A DNA stretch of 64,000 bases, from contig JAQTYF010000001.1 in the NCBI GenBank assembly GCA_028688415.1, forward strand, positions 400,627-464,626. Direction: 5' to 3'. The notes under the pieces are model-generated. The model saw only the letters and a program-made list of their open reading frames with translations, was not told the DNA's origin and searched no databases. Shown here piece after piece: positions 1 through 9,167 of this stretch (its first letter is position 1; each line of letters starts with the position of its first letter). Both the position numbers and the translations under genes were made by a program. Origin of the DNA: Candidatus Moraniibacteriota bacterium. GTDB lineage: Bacteria > Patescibacteriota > Minisyncoccia > Moranbacterales > UBA1568.

Positions 1-1
1 T

Positions 2-1528
2 CGACTGTTCGCCAAAGCTGTCAATTGTTCTCAAAGGAACGGTACCGCCGAACCATGCAATAAATGCGAACATTGTCTCCTCTTTTCTGAAGGTCGCTCA
101 CTCGATGTCATTGAGATTGATGCGGCTTCGCATAATAGCGTCGATAATATTCGAGAATTAAGAGAAACTGTTGCCCTCCCTCCAACACTCGGTTCGCACA
201 AAATCTACATCATCGACGAAGTCCATATGCTTTCGACGAGCGCTTTCAATGCTCTCCTCAAAACTATTGAGGAGCCACCAGTACATGTCATATTCATCCT
301 CGCTACCACTGCCCTTCACAAGATTCCTGACACTATCATCTCTCGTTGTCAACGGTTTGATCTTTCTCGTTTTCCAGTCAAGAGCATTGTCGAAAAATTG
401 GAAAGAATCGCGAAAGAAGAAAAATTGAATATTGATCGAGGAGCACTTGAAATGATCGCTCTCACTGCCGAAGGAGGGATGCGTGATGCAGAATCACTCC
501 TCATGCAAATCCTTTCTCTTGAGGCGTCTCCGATTACCGAAGAAAAGGTGATGGAAGTGCTCGGAACAACTAAAAAAGAAAACATCGTCACGCTCCTGCG
601 TCTCATTGCCACAAACGAACTCTACCCAAGCCTCAATTTTGTAAGCAAGCTCTCCATTGATGGCGCAGACCTCTCTGTCTTCTGCGGTGTCTTTCTCCAC
701 TACTTGAGGGATCTCCTGCTCGTCTCTGCTGATTCTGTCAATGGAATCCAAGAACTCGATACATTCACCGATGAACAAAAAGAAAGTCTCGTTTCTCTCG
801 CACAGAGTTTCTCTCCGATACAGGTAGTAAGTATGCTCGAATACGTACAAATTGCACAAATTGCTAGCAAAACATCGGTCATTCCAGAATTACCACTACA
901 GATTGCTGTCGTAAAAATCCTCTCAGAGAAAACACCTCTTTCAGAACAAACACCTCAAATAACCTCCTCGGAGACAAAACAGCCGACAACACAATCAAAA
1001 GAAACTACAGCTATTCCTGCCGTTACATCAACACCAATCTCAAGTGATTCTTCTGTACTCACAGAACAAAAACACACGACAATACCAGCAAGAGAAGAAG
1101 TGTCGGAACAGAATAATGAGGTACTCACAAAAAAAGAAAATACCTTTCCTCAAATCACTCTCGAAACCGTTCAGAAAAATTGGCACGAAGTGCTCACTAC
1201 AGCCAAAAAGCTCAATGCCTCTCTCACACTCGCTCTCACAACCGCTCGTCCTATCGAAACAACTGGCAATATCATAACCATTGCTGTCAAATATCCTTTT
1301 CACAAAGAACGGCTCGATGAAGCTGGAAATCAATTGACACTTGCTACCGCCTTTGATACGATACTGAAGTCAAAAACACGGATAAAAATCATGTTGGAAA
1401 CAAGTACTATCACACCAACAGAGAATCACACAGCTACACAAGAACAAGTATCGACAATCGACAATCCTCTCATCAATCAGGCAATGGAAATGCTTGGAGG
1501 AAAACTCGTGGGAACAGAGAACAGTTGA
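2..1528 (+). CDS. dnaX: DNA polymerase III subunit gamma/tau (5'-truncated by window edge)
   Basis: Frame is open from base 2 (RLFAKAVNC...EIDAASHNSVDNIREL...KIYIIDEVHMLS...AFNALLKTIEEPP...TIISRCQRF); clamp-loader motifs, low-complexity linker and C-terminal domain. Confidence 0.96.
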   Translation, partial: RLFAKAVNCSQRNGTAEPCNKCEHCLLFSEGRSLDVIEIDAASHNSVDNIRELRETVALPPTLGSHKIYIIDEVHMLSTSAFNALLKTIEEPPVHVIFILATTALHKIPDTIISRCQRFDLSRFPVKSIVEKLERIAKEEKLNIDRGALEMIALTAEGGMRDAESLLMQILSLEASPITEEKVMEVLGTTKKENIVTLLRLIATNELYPSLNFVSKLSIDGADLSVFCGVFLHYLRDLLLVSADSVNGIQELDTFTDEQKESLVSLAQSFSPIQVVSMLEYVQIAQIASKTSVIPELPLQIAVVKILSEKTPLSEQTPQITSSETKQPTTQSKETTAIPAVTSTPISSDSSVLTEQKHTTIPAREEVSEQNNEVLTKKENTFPQITLETVQKNWHEVLTTAKKLNASLTLALTTARPIETTGNIITIAVKYPFHKERLDEAGNQLTLATAFDTILKSKTRIKIMLETSTITPTENHTATQEQVSTIDNPLINQAMEMLGGKLVGTENS

Positions 1529-1637
1529 CAATAAGCAAGTAACACAAAACATGAAACAAGTAACAGCTAGCAATTAACAGAAAAGACTCGATCCGTGAAT
1601 TTTTGTTTTTTGTTACATGTTAGCTGTTAATTGATAT

Positions 1638-1709
1638 TGGGGAGTAGCCAAGTGGTAAGGCAGGGGCCTTTGAAGCCTCCATTCGTAGGTTCGATCCCTA
1701 CCTCCCCAG
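1638..1709 (+). tRNA. tRNA-Gln(TTG)
   Basis: Acceptor stem TGGGGAG/CTCCCCA, D arm TAGCCAAGTGGTAAGGC, anticodon arm GGGGC-CTTTGAA-GCCTC, T loop GGTTCGATCC; CCA not encoded. Confidence 0.95.
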
Positions 1710-1713
1710 CATT

Positions 1714-1766
1714 AAATAAAACTTAAAGAGGTATCCGTCGTCTGGATACCTCTTTAAGTTTTATTT
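1714..1766. terminator. 23-bp perfect hairpin, probable terminator after tRNA-Gln
   Basis: AAATAAAACTTAAAGAGGTATCC (1714-1736) / GGATACCTCTTTAAGTTTTATTT (1744-1766). Confidence 0.75.
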
Positions 1767-1769
1767 GTT

Positions 1770-1999
1770 GTAGGAGGAATGGAGCGAACAGTAAAAGGGA
1801 AAAGGGTCGGAAAAACGGGAGTTTTTCCGTTGCGGAGAGCAGGACTTTAGTCCGCTGAGAACCGAGGGGTTCTTAGAGCGCACAAAGTGCGCTGTTCGAT
1901 CCCTACCTCCCCCTCTTATAAAATCCCTGCTCGCAACGATATAGAGCGCATCCGCTTCCCTGCCTCCCCAGCCATCGTCGCTCGCGAGCAACGTGGTCA
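1770..1999. repeat. tRNA-Gln 3'-end duplication element
   Basis: Exact copy of tRNA nt 1689-1707 at 1894-1912, second near-copy at 1957-1972, degenerate inverted copy at about 1770-1789. Confidence 0.75.
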
Positions 2000-2006
2000 G
2001 CATAAA

Positions 2007-2042
2007 AAAATCCGCGCCTGAAATAAATTAGGTGCGGATTTT
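2007..2042. terminator. Bidirectional terminator-like hairpin downstream of the antiporter gene
   Basis: AAAATCCGCGCCT...AGGTGCGGATTTT. Confidence 0.6.
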
Positions 2043-2047
2043 ATATT

Positions 2048-4171
2048 CTACGATATTGTGATCAGATCTTCTTGTGTACTATTTTTCTTGTACGCCTTGT
2101 GCCTGAACTCTTCGTAGAGCATCGATGCGATTTTCTGAGGCAACATCTCACGTTCTACTATTTCATCCAAGAAATGTTCTTCTGCCTTAAAGAATCCTCT
2201 CCTTCCTACCTTTTCATTTTCCCAACGAAGCTCTTCTTTCATTTTTTCTCCTGATTGAAGCATCTTTTCATGAGCATCTTGTTCGAATTGCACATACAGC
2301 GCAATAACCTTTTTTACGATAATATCATCACCAAACACTCCGCAATAATGTTCCGTCAGTGTATGGAGACGATGAAGGACTTTGGATGCAATGATTTTCT
2401 GAGCACGATAATAATGATATTCGTTGATTGTTTTCTTCCGGTCGTTCATCGGTATCAAAAAATCTCGAAAGAAAGATACTGTTCGTTCGAACCAATCTGG
2501 CGAAAAAACTTCATTAATATCTTGTATTTGATGTTCTTCTCTCTCGACACGAGCCATCTGCATTTCGATTTTGTTGAGCACTTTCTTGTATACTGGTTCA
2601 GAGATTTCACGGTACATGAAAAGCTTCAGGAGAAAACGCTTCTCGGTACCGAGAGCATACATACTCAGTGCTGATTCGAGAGAATAACCATTTTTACGAA
2701 AATCATCACGTAGTACTAATAAAGAAGTTTCATATTCTGCGCTATATTCAGCATTGAGTTTCGTATATACTTCTTCATCGACAAATTCCTTTGTTCGATA
2801 ATCTTTCAATTTTTCAAGCGTCTGAGCATAGACGAGAGCTCGACTCTCGTGGTATTCAACCATCTCGAGTGGGGTCAATTGATCGAGTTTCATTTTTTTG
2901 ATCATACTTCCAATGCTGGTCGCTTTTACTAGAAGTGTAAAATAAACACAACCAATAGTCAGAGCTGAAATAAACTCTTTGATTGAGAAAGAGTATTCCC
3001 ATCCAGCAAGCGTCAGATCATTAGGGATAAGAAGTACCATCGTCACTGCAAGTGCGCCTCGGAGACTTCCCCATGAGAGCAAGTGTTGCCAAGAAAGAGG
3101 AATATGTTCTTCTTTTTTTGTTCTATTCAAGAAACCAATGACAGGGTAAATAGAGAGAGCTCTCCCGATCATAACCACGAGTACCGTCACCATGATAGGC
3201 CACACAAATTGAGAAAAATGTATAGGAAGTCCAGCAAAGAGCAATCCCATCAATATGAAAACAAGAGAATTCGCAATGAAAGCAAAGTATCCCCAGAATT
3301 TTTCCATATATTCTTCGACTCGTGGAGAGATTTTACATCTTCCATAATTCCCGATAACCATTGATGCCATTACTGTCGCAATAACAGAGGAAAGATAAAT
3401 ATGCTGCCCTCCAATAATGAGATGACGAGAGAGGAGTTCTGAGAGTATAAAAGTGAGATGCGCCATAAGCATCGTCAGTGTAATCTCGATATTTTCGTTA
3501 TCGTGTACTTTTTGTATCAGTTTGGCAAAGACAAATCCCATCAAAAGTCCAAATCCGATACCACCAACAACCATCGTCGAAAACATAAATATACCCTGTG
3601 CGACAGATTCTATCCCATGGAATCCTTTCAAAGCGATATCAATGACGATAAGGAACAATGCAATAGCGGTACCATCATTGAAAAGACTCTCCCCTTCAAA
3701 AATAAGAGAGAGTCGTTTTGGTGCTCCAAATTGCTTGAAAAGAGCGAGTACAGCAACTGGATCGGTCGCTGAAATCAGTGCTCCAAAAATAAGTGTCACA
3801 AAAAATGGCACCGGGAAATGAATCCACTGGAGTGCAAAAAACAGTACAAACGCAATAAAAAATGTCGAGAGGAGGAGACTGACTATTGAGAGAAGTGAAA
3901 TCGATCGAACATTGTCCGTCAGATCTCGGAACTTCATATTGTACGCCGATTCAAATATGAGTATTGGGAGAAAAACAAAAAAAAGAAGCTCCGGGGTAAG
4001 CTGAAAACTCTGAATGAAATGAAAGAGTGGTATATGAGAAATCGGGATCAAGAGTGTCCCAACAAGTACAAGCAGAAGCGTGTAAGGAATATGCAAACGC
4101 TCTGCAAAAAAATAGGTACCGACCGAAATAAAAATAAGTACAAAAAGAGCGAGAATTATTTCGATCGCCAT
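2048..4171 (-). CDS. CPA1-family (NhaP-type) Na+/H+ antiporter
   Basis: About 12 TM helices; motifs FLPILIFESA, ISATDPVAV, GESLFNDG, LRGAL; long cytoplasmic tail. Confidence 0.92.
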   Translation of the reverse strand: MAIEIILALFVLIFISVGTYFFAERLHIPYTLLLVLVGTLLIPISHIPLFHFIQSFQLTPELLFFVFLPILIFESAYNMKFRDLTDNVRSISLLSIVSLLLSTFFIAFVLFFALQWIHFPVPFFVTLIFGALISATDPVAVLALFKQFGAPKRLSLIFEGESLFNDGTAIALFLIVIDIALKGFHGIESVAQGIFMFSTMVVGGIGFGLLMGFVFAKLIQKVHDNENIEITLTMLMAHLTFILSELLSRHLIIGGQHIYLSSVIATVMASMVIGNYGRCKISPRVEEYMEKFWGYFAFIANSLVFILMGLLFAGLPIHFSQFVWPIMVTVLVVMIGRALSIYPVIGFLNRTKKEEHIPLSWQHLLSWGSLRGALAVTMVLLIPNDLTLAGWEYSFSIKEFISALTIGCVYFTLLVKATSIGSMIKKMKLDQLTPLEMVEYHESRALVYAQTLEKLKDYRTKEFVDEEVYTKLNAEYSAEYETSLLVLRDDFRKNGYSLESALSMYALGTEKRFLLKLFMYREISEPVYKKVLNKIEMQMARVEREEHQIQDINEVFSPDWFERTVSFFRDFLIPMNDRKKTINEYHYYRAQKIIASKVLHRLHTLTEHYCGVFGDDIIVKKVIALYVQFEQDAHEKMLQSGEKMKEELRWENEKVGRRGFFKAEEHFLDEIVEREMLPQKIASMLYEEFRHKAYKKNSTQEDLITIS

Positions 4172-4251
4172 ACGTTTTTCTTTAAAAGATTGATTTCAAA
4201 AACACCATGTTATTCTATGCCTTCTTCCCATAACTGTCAAAAGAAAGGCTA

Positions 4252-5304
4252 TCAAAGGATAAGCATACTGTCTCCGAAAGAATAGAAAGTAAACTCATTT
4301 GCTATAGCTATCTGATACAATTCGACAATACTTTTTTTTGCTTTTTTATCTTGCAAAAATGCATCTACAAGAAGCATGAGTGATGTTTTTGGAAGATGGA
4401 AATTGGTCACGAGAATATCCACTACACGAAACTCGTACGGTGGATAAATAAATATTTCTGTTTTTCCATTCTGTGGCAAAATTCTCTGATCACACATCGA
4501 GGATTCAAGGGTACGAAGAGCTGTTGTTCCGACAGCAATAATATTCTTCTTCTCATCCATTGCAGCATCAATATGTTGCGCTGTTTCGAGAGAAATATTT
4601 ATAAATTCTGTGTGAAGTTTTTTGGTTATGAAGTTTTCATCTGCAAGCGGTGCGAATGTCCCAAGTCCCACATTCAGTGTCAAAAAATCAGTTTCAATAT
4701 TTTTCTCTTCCAGAGACTGAAATACTTCATCGGTAAAATGAAGCGATGCTGTCGGCGCGGCAACCGATGCTCCATCTCTAGCAAACACCGTTTGGTATCG
4801 TTTTCGCAATACATCTTCTGATATATTTGCTCCCTCAAGATAGTGTGGGAGTGGTGTTTCGCCGTATGTCTCGAGTAATATTTGAAGAGAAATATTTTCT
4901 TGACTCACAAGTCTCACAAAAAAGAGATTCTCTTTCTGATCAATCACTTCCAAAAAATCTCCATTCGTGAAAAAGAGTTTTTGACCCTTCTCCGTCTTAC
5001 GATCGACGAGTACCGGAATACATTTTTCATCTTCTATCTCATTGGCAAGGACGAATACTTCTATCTTTCCGCCAGTTTCTTTCTTGAGCCAGAGTCGTGC
5101 AGGCAATACCGTCGTATTATTGAGCATCACAAGAGACTGTCTTGGGAGATACTTCGCTATATGACGAAAGGTATCAAAAGTAATCGCATCCGTCTTCGTA
5201 TCATAAACAAACAATCGTGCACTATCACGTGGCTCAATACCTTGCTTCCTGATCAAATAATCAGGAAGCGTGTAATCATATTTCTTGAGATCAATCATTT
5301 TCAT
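4252..5304 (-). CDS. queA: S-adenosylmethionine:tRNA ribosyltransferase-isomerase
   Basis: YDYTLP...PRDSARL, SVAAPTASLHFT, AVGTTALRTLES, TNFHLPKTSL, FYSFGDSMLI; start could also be 5298. Confidence 0.93.
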   Translation of the reverse strand: MKMIDLKKYDYTLPDYLIRKQGIEPRDSARLFVYDTKTDAITFDTFRHIAKYLPRQSLVMLNNTTVLPARLWLKKETGGKIEVFVLANEIEDEKCIPVLVDRKTEKGQKLFFTNGDFLEVIDQKENLFFVRLVSQENISLQILLETYGETPLPHYLEGANISEDVLRKRYQTVFARDGASVAAPTASLHFTDEVFQSLEEKNIETDFLTLNVGLGTFAPLADENFITKKLHTEFINISLETAQHIDAAMDEKKNIIAVGTTALRTLESSMCDQRILPQNGKTEIFIYPPYEFRVVDILVTNFHLPKTSLMLLVDAFLQDKKAKKSIVELYQIAIANEFTFYSFGDSMLIL

Positions 5305-5375
5305 AAAAAATTTTCGAAAGAAAAAAGGTTCAATGCAGTACACTAAACCTTTCTCGATCATTATTCACTTCTCGT

Positions 5376-5729
5376 TCAGAGAGGTGCATCACTCTTTTTT
5401 CGATTTTCGACTATTTGTAGAGATTGGCGTATCTGGGATTCTAGTCTTGCGACCGTGAATTCAAAATACTGATAAACTTCTCGTCGCGCTTCTTTGAAGC
5501 AATTTTCGAAACGTGCATCCACCAGTGGTGCATGGGGTCGCAAGCCCTTCTCGAGAAGATCGATATAGTATTCATCCAATTCATACAGTAAACTGTGACG
5601 AATAATATCAATACTCGCTATTTTCTGTTGTAATTGTTCGATATAAAGGGAAGCAACAGATTCATATTCCGCTGATTCGCGGAGCAACTTGATTGTTTTT
5701 GTATGGTATTCAGGAACGACAGTTTGCAT
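5376..5729 (-). CDS. Hypothetical helical protein
   Basis: ORF; likely start ATG 5729 behind GAGGAG Shine-Dalgarno; no recognisable motif. Confidence 0.55.
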   Translation of the reverse strand: MQTVVPEYHTKTIKLLRESAEYESVASLYIEQLQQKIASIDIIRHSLLYELDEYYIDLLEKGLRPHAPLVDARFENCFKEARREVYQYFEFTVARLESQIRQSLQIVENRKKSDAPL

Positions 5730-5879
5730 GATACACTCCTCGAATGGTGAAAAAGTACTTTGTAAAAACTCTACCAGAAAAAAACTCTTCTGTCTATACA
5801 AACTCTTCTGTACAAATAACGATAAAATATTTTGTGGTATTATTTTTTCATTTTCATAACTCCATATATTTTTCAATCC

Positions 5880-6509
5880 TTAGATTTTTTCGAAGAGCAT
5901 TCTGATTTCTCGACAACCTATCGGATGAGTATCAAAACTATATATCTGACTGAATTTCATCGTTGGCTTCTTTCGTGTGAGTATATCCCAATACGATCCG
6001 AAACCATCCATACGAACGAAAATAACGCCATTACTACTTTGCATAAAAAATTCTATACCACGCTGGAAATCTCCTATCGATTCTTTGTTAATTTTTCCTT
6101 CTGGAAAAAGGAAAATCGTTCTACCTCGTTTGAGAAAATCACGTGTTCTCATAAGACCGATGAGTTTTTCTTTTTTTGTCTCTCCGATATCATACCCACC
6201 AAGCACTTTCAAAAATGGCTTAAAATAGAACCGATTGTATTCTTTGTTATCAACAGGGAAATAGAGAGGCACGAGTTTCAAAAAAGATCGGAAAGGAATA
6301 TGGCTCAAAACAACGAAGGGATCTGCCATTGATTGGTGATTCGAAACAACGAGCACTCCTCTGTTGAGTATATTGAGATTTTCTGGCAATGTCCTATTCG
6401 TACCGTACAAAATCCGTACTGGGTATGACATCACAATATGTAAGAATATTTGGACGAGCGAACGACCATATTCGATGAGTGTATATTTCTGAACCTGTTT
6501 CATAGTCAT
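5880..6509 (-). CDS. PlsC/LPLAT-family acyltransferase
   Basis: Catalytic NHQSMAD (HX4D) and FLFPEG motifs. Confidence 0.88.
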   Translation of the reverse strand: MTMKQVQKYTLIEYGRSLVQIFLHIVMSYPVRILYGTNRTLPENLNILNRGVLVVSNHQSMADPFVVLSHIPFRSFLKLVPLYFPVDNKEYNRFYFKPFLKVLGGYDIGETKKEKLIGLMRTRDFLKRGRTIFLFPEGKINKESIGDFQRGIEFFMQSSNGVIFVRMDGFGSYWDILTRKKPTMKFSQIYSFDTHPIGCREIRMLFEKI

Positions 6510-6524
6510 ACTCTACAAAAAGTA

Positions 6525-7439
6525 TTAAATACGTCCTTTTGATTTCAAAATTTGAAGAGCGACAAAAAGTTTGAGTTTCTGCCATGGATTTCTATTTCCG
6601 AAAGGAATATAGACTTTCTTCAGTGTTCGCAGATACGGATCAAAATGAAGAGAGTGCGGTACAGGGTATACTTTCTGATGAAAAAGTATCTTCAGAACCT
6701 CTGTTGAAACAAGATTGGCACAGAGGAGTGTCCCTGTCACGAGTGAAGGAGCCTTCTTTTCTTTCCAATCGACGCCTTCGGGTTTGAAATAACGTCGTTG
6801 AAGCAGTGTCGGCGTCAGACCAAGTCCAAAACGAAGCAATTGCATTTCTTTTGTTTGTTCATCACAAATATCGAAATACTCATCAAAACTCATTCCATGA
6901 GGATCAAAAACAAGCATAGAAGAGCCAAAACCAACTGGCCCTGCTGATACCGCAAAAACAGCCTGTTCCCGAGCAGATAAAAAAAGCATCCGACGAGTCT
7001 CAATAGCGAAAAAATCAAGGGCATCAACAACAACATCAACACCAGAGAGAAAAGAATCGATATTTTCAGTATGTATTCCTTGAGGGAAAGTCGTCACTTT
7101 TGCATACGGATTGATAGAATGAATCATTTTTTCCACCGCTTCTACTTTCGGTGTACCAACGGTATCCATTGTTGCCGATTGCTGTCTATTGATATTCACC
7201 ACTTCATACGTATCAAGATCAGCAATATGAAATTTTCCAAATCCGAGACGTGCGAAAGTACTGGCATAAAGAGCTCCTACACCCCCGAGTCCAGGTATCG
7301 CTATCGTCATATTTCTCAATTGCGCCTGTTGTTCCGGTGTCAACAATCCATTATTTCTCGAAAATGCCTCTGCATAAAACTCATTTTCGTTCAACATAAG
7401 ATTTTTACTTTTAATAAAAAATGGGTGTCCTACATACAA
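6525..7439 (-). CDS. ThiF/E1-like adenylyltransferase (stand-alone; no CxxC Zn motifs or rhodanese domain)
   Basis: AFSRN, GLGGVG nucleotide-binding loop, ADLDTYEVVNINRQ, VVDALD; start may be Met15 (MLNENEF). Confidence 0.9.
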   Translation of the reverse strand: MYVGHPFFIKSKNLMLNENEFYAEAFSRNNGLLTPEQQAQLRNMTIAIPGLGGVGALYASTFARLGFGKFHIADLDTYEVVNINRQQSATMDTVGTPKVEAVEKMIHSINPYAKVTTFPQGIHTENIDSFLSGVDVVVDALDFFAIETRRMLFLSAREQAVFAVSAGPVGFGSSMLVFDPHGMSFDEYFDICDEQTKEMQLLRFGLGLTPTLLQRRYFKPEGVDWKEKKAPSLVTGTLLCANLVSTEVLKILFHQKVYPVPHSLHFDPYLRTLKKVYIPFGNRNPWQKLKLFVALQILKSKGRI

Positions 7440-7449
7440 ATAAATGCAC

Positions 7450-8115
7450 TCAATCTGAATGTCTGGATTGGCTCATACTCGACTGTAGAGGTACTTTCTG
7501 AATCAGTTCTCCTCTTGCATACGATTCGAGAATAGAAGATATTTTCTCTTTTTTGAGATCTCTCACCTGAACATTGGTAATAATCAATGCGACATAACGA
7601 AGGAACCAACGACCACTCCACTCTTGCAACAGCACGTCGTATGGCATTTCCATATTTCCAATAGGAAGACGATTATCGAAAGAATCTGATCCAATACGAG
7701 AATCATAAATATAGAACACTTTCTTTACATCGCTGTATCCTCCAACAGCTATCCAGTGAAGCGTGTTTGCTCGAATCAAAAGCACGGGAGGCCTCTTCTT
7801 GAGAGCTATCTCCGTGCGAATCCATTCGAGACGTTCTTCATTTGTTATAGCGTCGAGTCGGATCTCGAGAGTCGTCATATTATGAGCTTTGAATAGCTCT
7901 TTCATATCACGGGGAAAAACAGGACGAAACAAATCAAACCACACCGGACCTCGAAGCAATTTATTCGAAGAAAGAGAGCGGACACCTACAGCTTTGGCAA
8001 CCCATTCAGCTGTATACGATCCACAACGAATATGTGACCAATGGTCAATGAGAGGATTAGAGACAAGATCGACATATGCTTCTGCTGGTAACAGTTCTCT
8101 CGCTTCAGATTTCAT
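7450..8115 (-). CDS. Papain-fold, peptidase C39-like protein
   Basis: Cys-His-Asp triad pattern: RCGSY...LHWIAVGGY...FYIYDS. Confidence 0.65.
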   Translation of the reverse strand: MKSEARELLPAEAYVDLVSNPLIDHWSHIRCGSYTAEWVAKAVGVRSLSSNKLLRGPVWFDLFRPVFPRDMKELFKAHNMTTLEIRLDAITNEERLEWIRTEIALKKRPPVLLIRANTLHWIAVGGYSDVKKVFYIYDSRIGSDSFDNRLPIGNMEMPYDVLLQEWSGRWFLRYVALIITNVQVRDLKKEKISSILESYARGELIQKVPLQSSMSQSRHSD

Positions 8116-8136
8116 AAAAATATATTCACCGTTTTA

Positions 8137-8388
8137 TCAGTGTTTTATTTGCGATTTTTTCAAATACGTCACTATGTCACCGAGCGTTTCAATATTGATG
8201 AGGTCGATATAATTCGCTTCAAGATGGAAAGCTTCTTCAAATGCTGTGATGAGACTGAACATCGCAATCGAATCTTCTGCCAAGTCATCGATTCGCAAAG
8301 AAAAATCTAGATCTTTCAATGGTTTATTAAAAACACGCGAAACAATTGCGAGTACCCTTGATTCGGTTGTTTCGTCATTATTCTCCAT
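8137..8388 (-). CDS. Acyl carrier protein
   Basis: 83 aa acidic protein; DDLAEDSIAMFSLITAFEEAF (phosphopantetheine Ser in DSI) and TLGDIVTYL. Confidence 0.88.
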   Translation of the reverse strand: MENNDETTESRVLAIVSRVFNKPLKDLDFSLRIDDLAEDSIAMFSLITAFEEAFHLEANYIDLINIETLGDIVTYLKKSQIKH

Positions 8389-9037
8389 ACGGTTCTACAT
8401 AAAGTATAGCACCAAATGGACATCCTGGAAAACTCAGTTTCTCTGGCCGTATCCTTCTTTCCTGACCATCTTGTATCAAAGAAAGAAGTTCTCCTCGATT
8501 ATTTATGGTTGTTTCTATGGCATGGGGATGGAGAGCGAGTCCTGCTCCAATTGCCTTCAGGAAAGCTTCTTTGTAACACCATATCTGAAGAAATGGAATA
8601 TGATAACGGATACAAGAATCATATTCCTTAGGAGTCAAGAATGATCGCGAAAATGCCTCTGTACACTCTCGATCGTGTTCTATATCCACTCCGACATACC
8701 CTGTTTCTTCTATAAGAGACAATCCAGCGATTGCTTTTCCTTTCGTATGACTGAGAGACAGAGAATATTCTGAGTGAAAAACAATATCATCATGATGAAG
8801 AATACGGAAATCTGGCCTCGTATGAGAATCACTGATAATTTCTATGTCGATTGGCGCAACCTCTCTATGCCACTGATTCCGAATCATCTGCGAGATGATG
8901 TGTTTGGCAGCTATCCGTCCAGCAAGCCAGTCAGGCTGTTTTTTTTCTGACAATTGCTCGTACTGACTCTGTTCTTTCGGAGACAGACTTTGTTTCATCA
9001 ATACCGAAGATATTTCTTCTTCCCAAAAATAGAACAT
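8378..9037 (-). CDS. Sfp-type 4'-phosphopantetheinyl transferase
   Basis: WLAGRIAAK, SLSLSHT, VGVDIE, WCYKEAFLKAIGAG. Confidence 0.92.
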   Translation of the reverse strand: MFYFWEEEISSVLMKQSLSPKEQSQYEQLSEKKQPDWLAGRIAAKHIISQMIRNQWHREVAPIDIEIISDSHTRPDFRILHHDDIVFHSEYSLSLSHTKGKAIAGLSLIEETGYVGVDIEHDRECTEAFSRSFLTPKEYDSCIRYHIPFLQIWCYKEAFLKAIGAGLALHPHAIETTINNRGELLSLIQDGQERRIRPEKLSFPGCPFGAILYVEPYGE

Positions 9038-9167
9038 ATTCTATATAAAAAATAAATAAAAATAAGCGGTATCACTACTCTTTCTTTCTTCTCCATCTTC
9101 AGTATATGATAAGAACGGAAATCAATGCAAAAGGACAGGAAATATGCTAATATAATGGGTAGATATT

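Noticed and set aside
1117-1140. A-run (ACA AAA AAA GAA) with upstream GAGG in dnaX as a gamma/tau frameshift site
   Set aside because: Not the canonical A_AAA_AAG, no clear downstream hairpin or nearby -1 stop, and A-runs are common in this sequence
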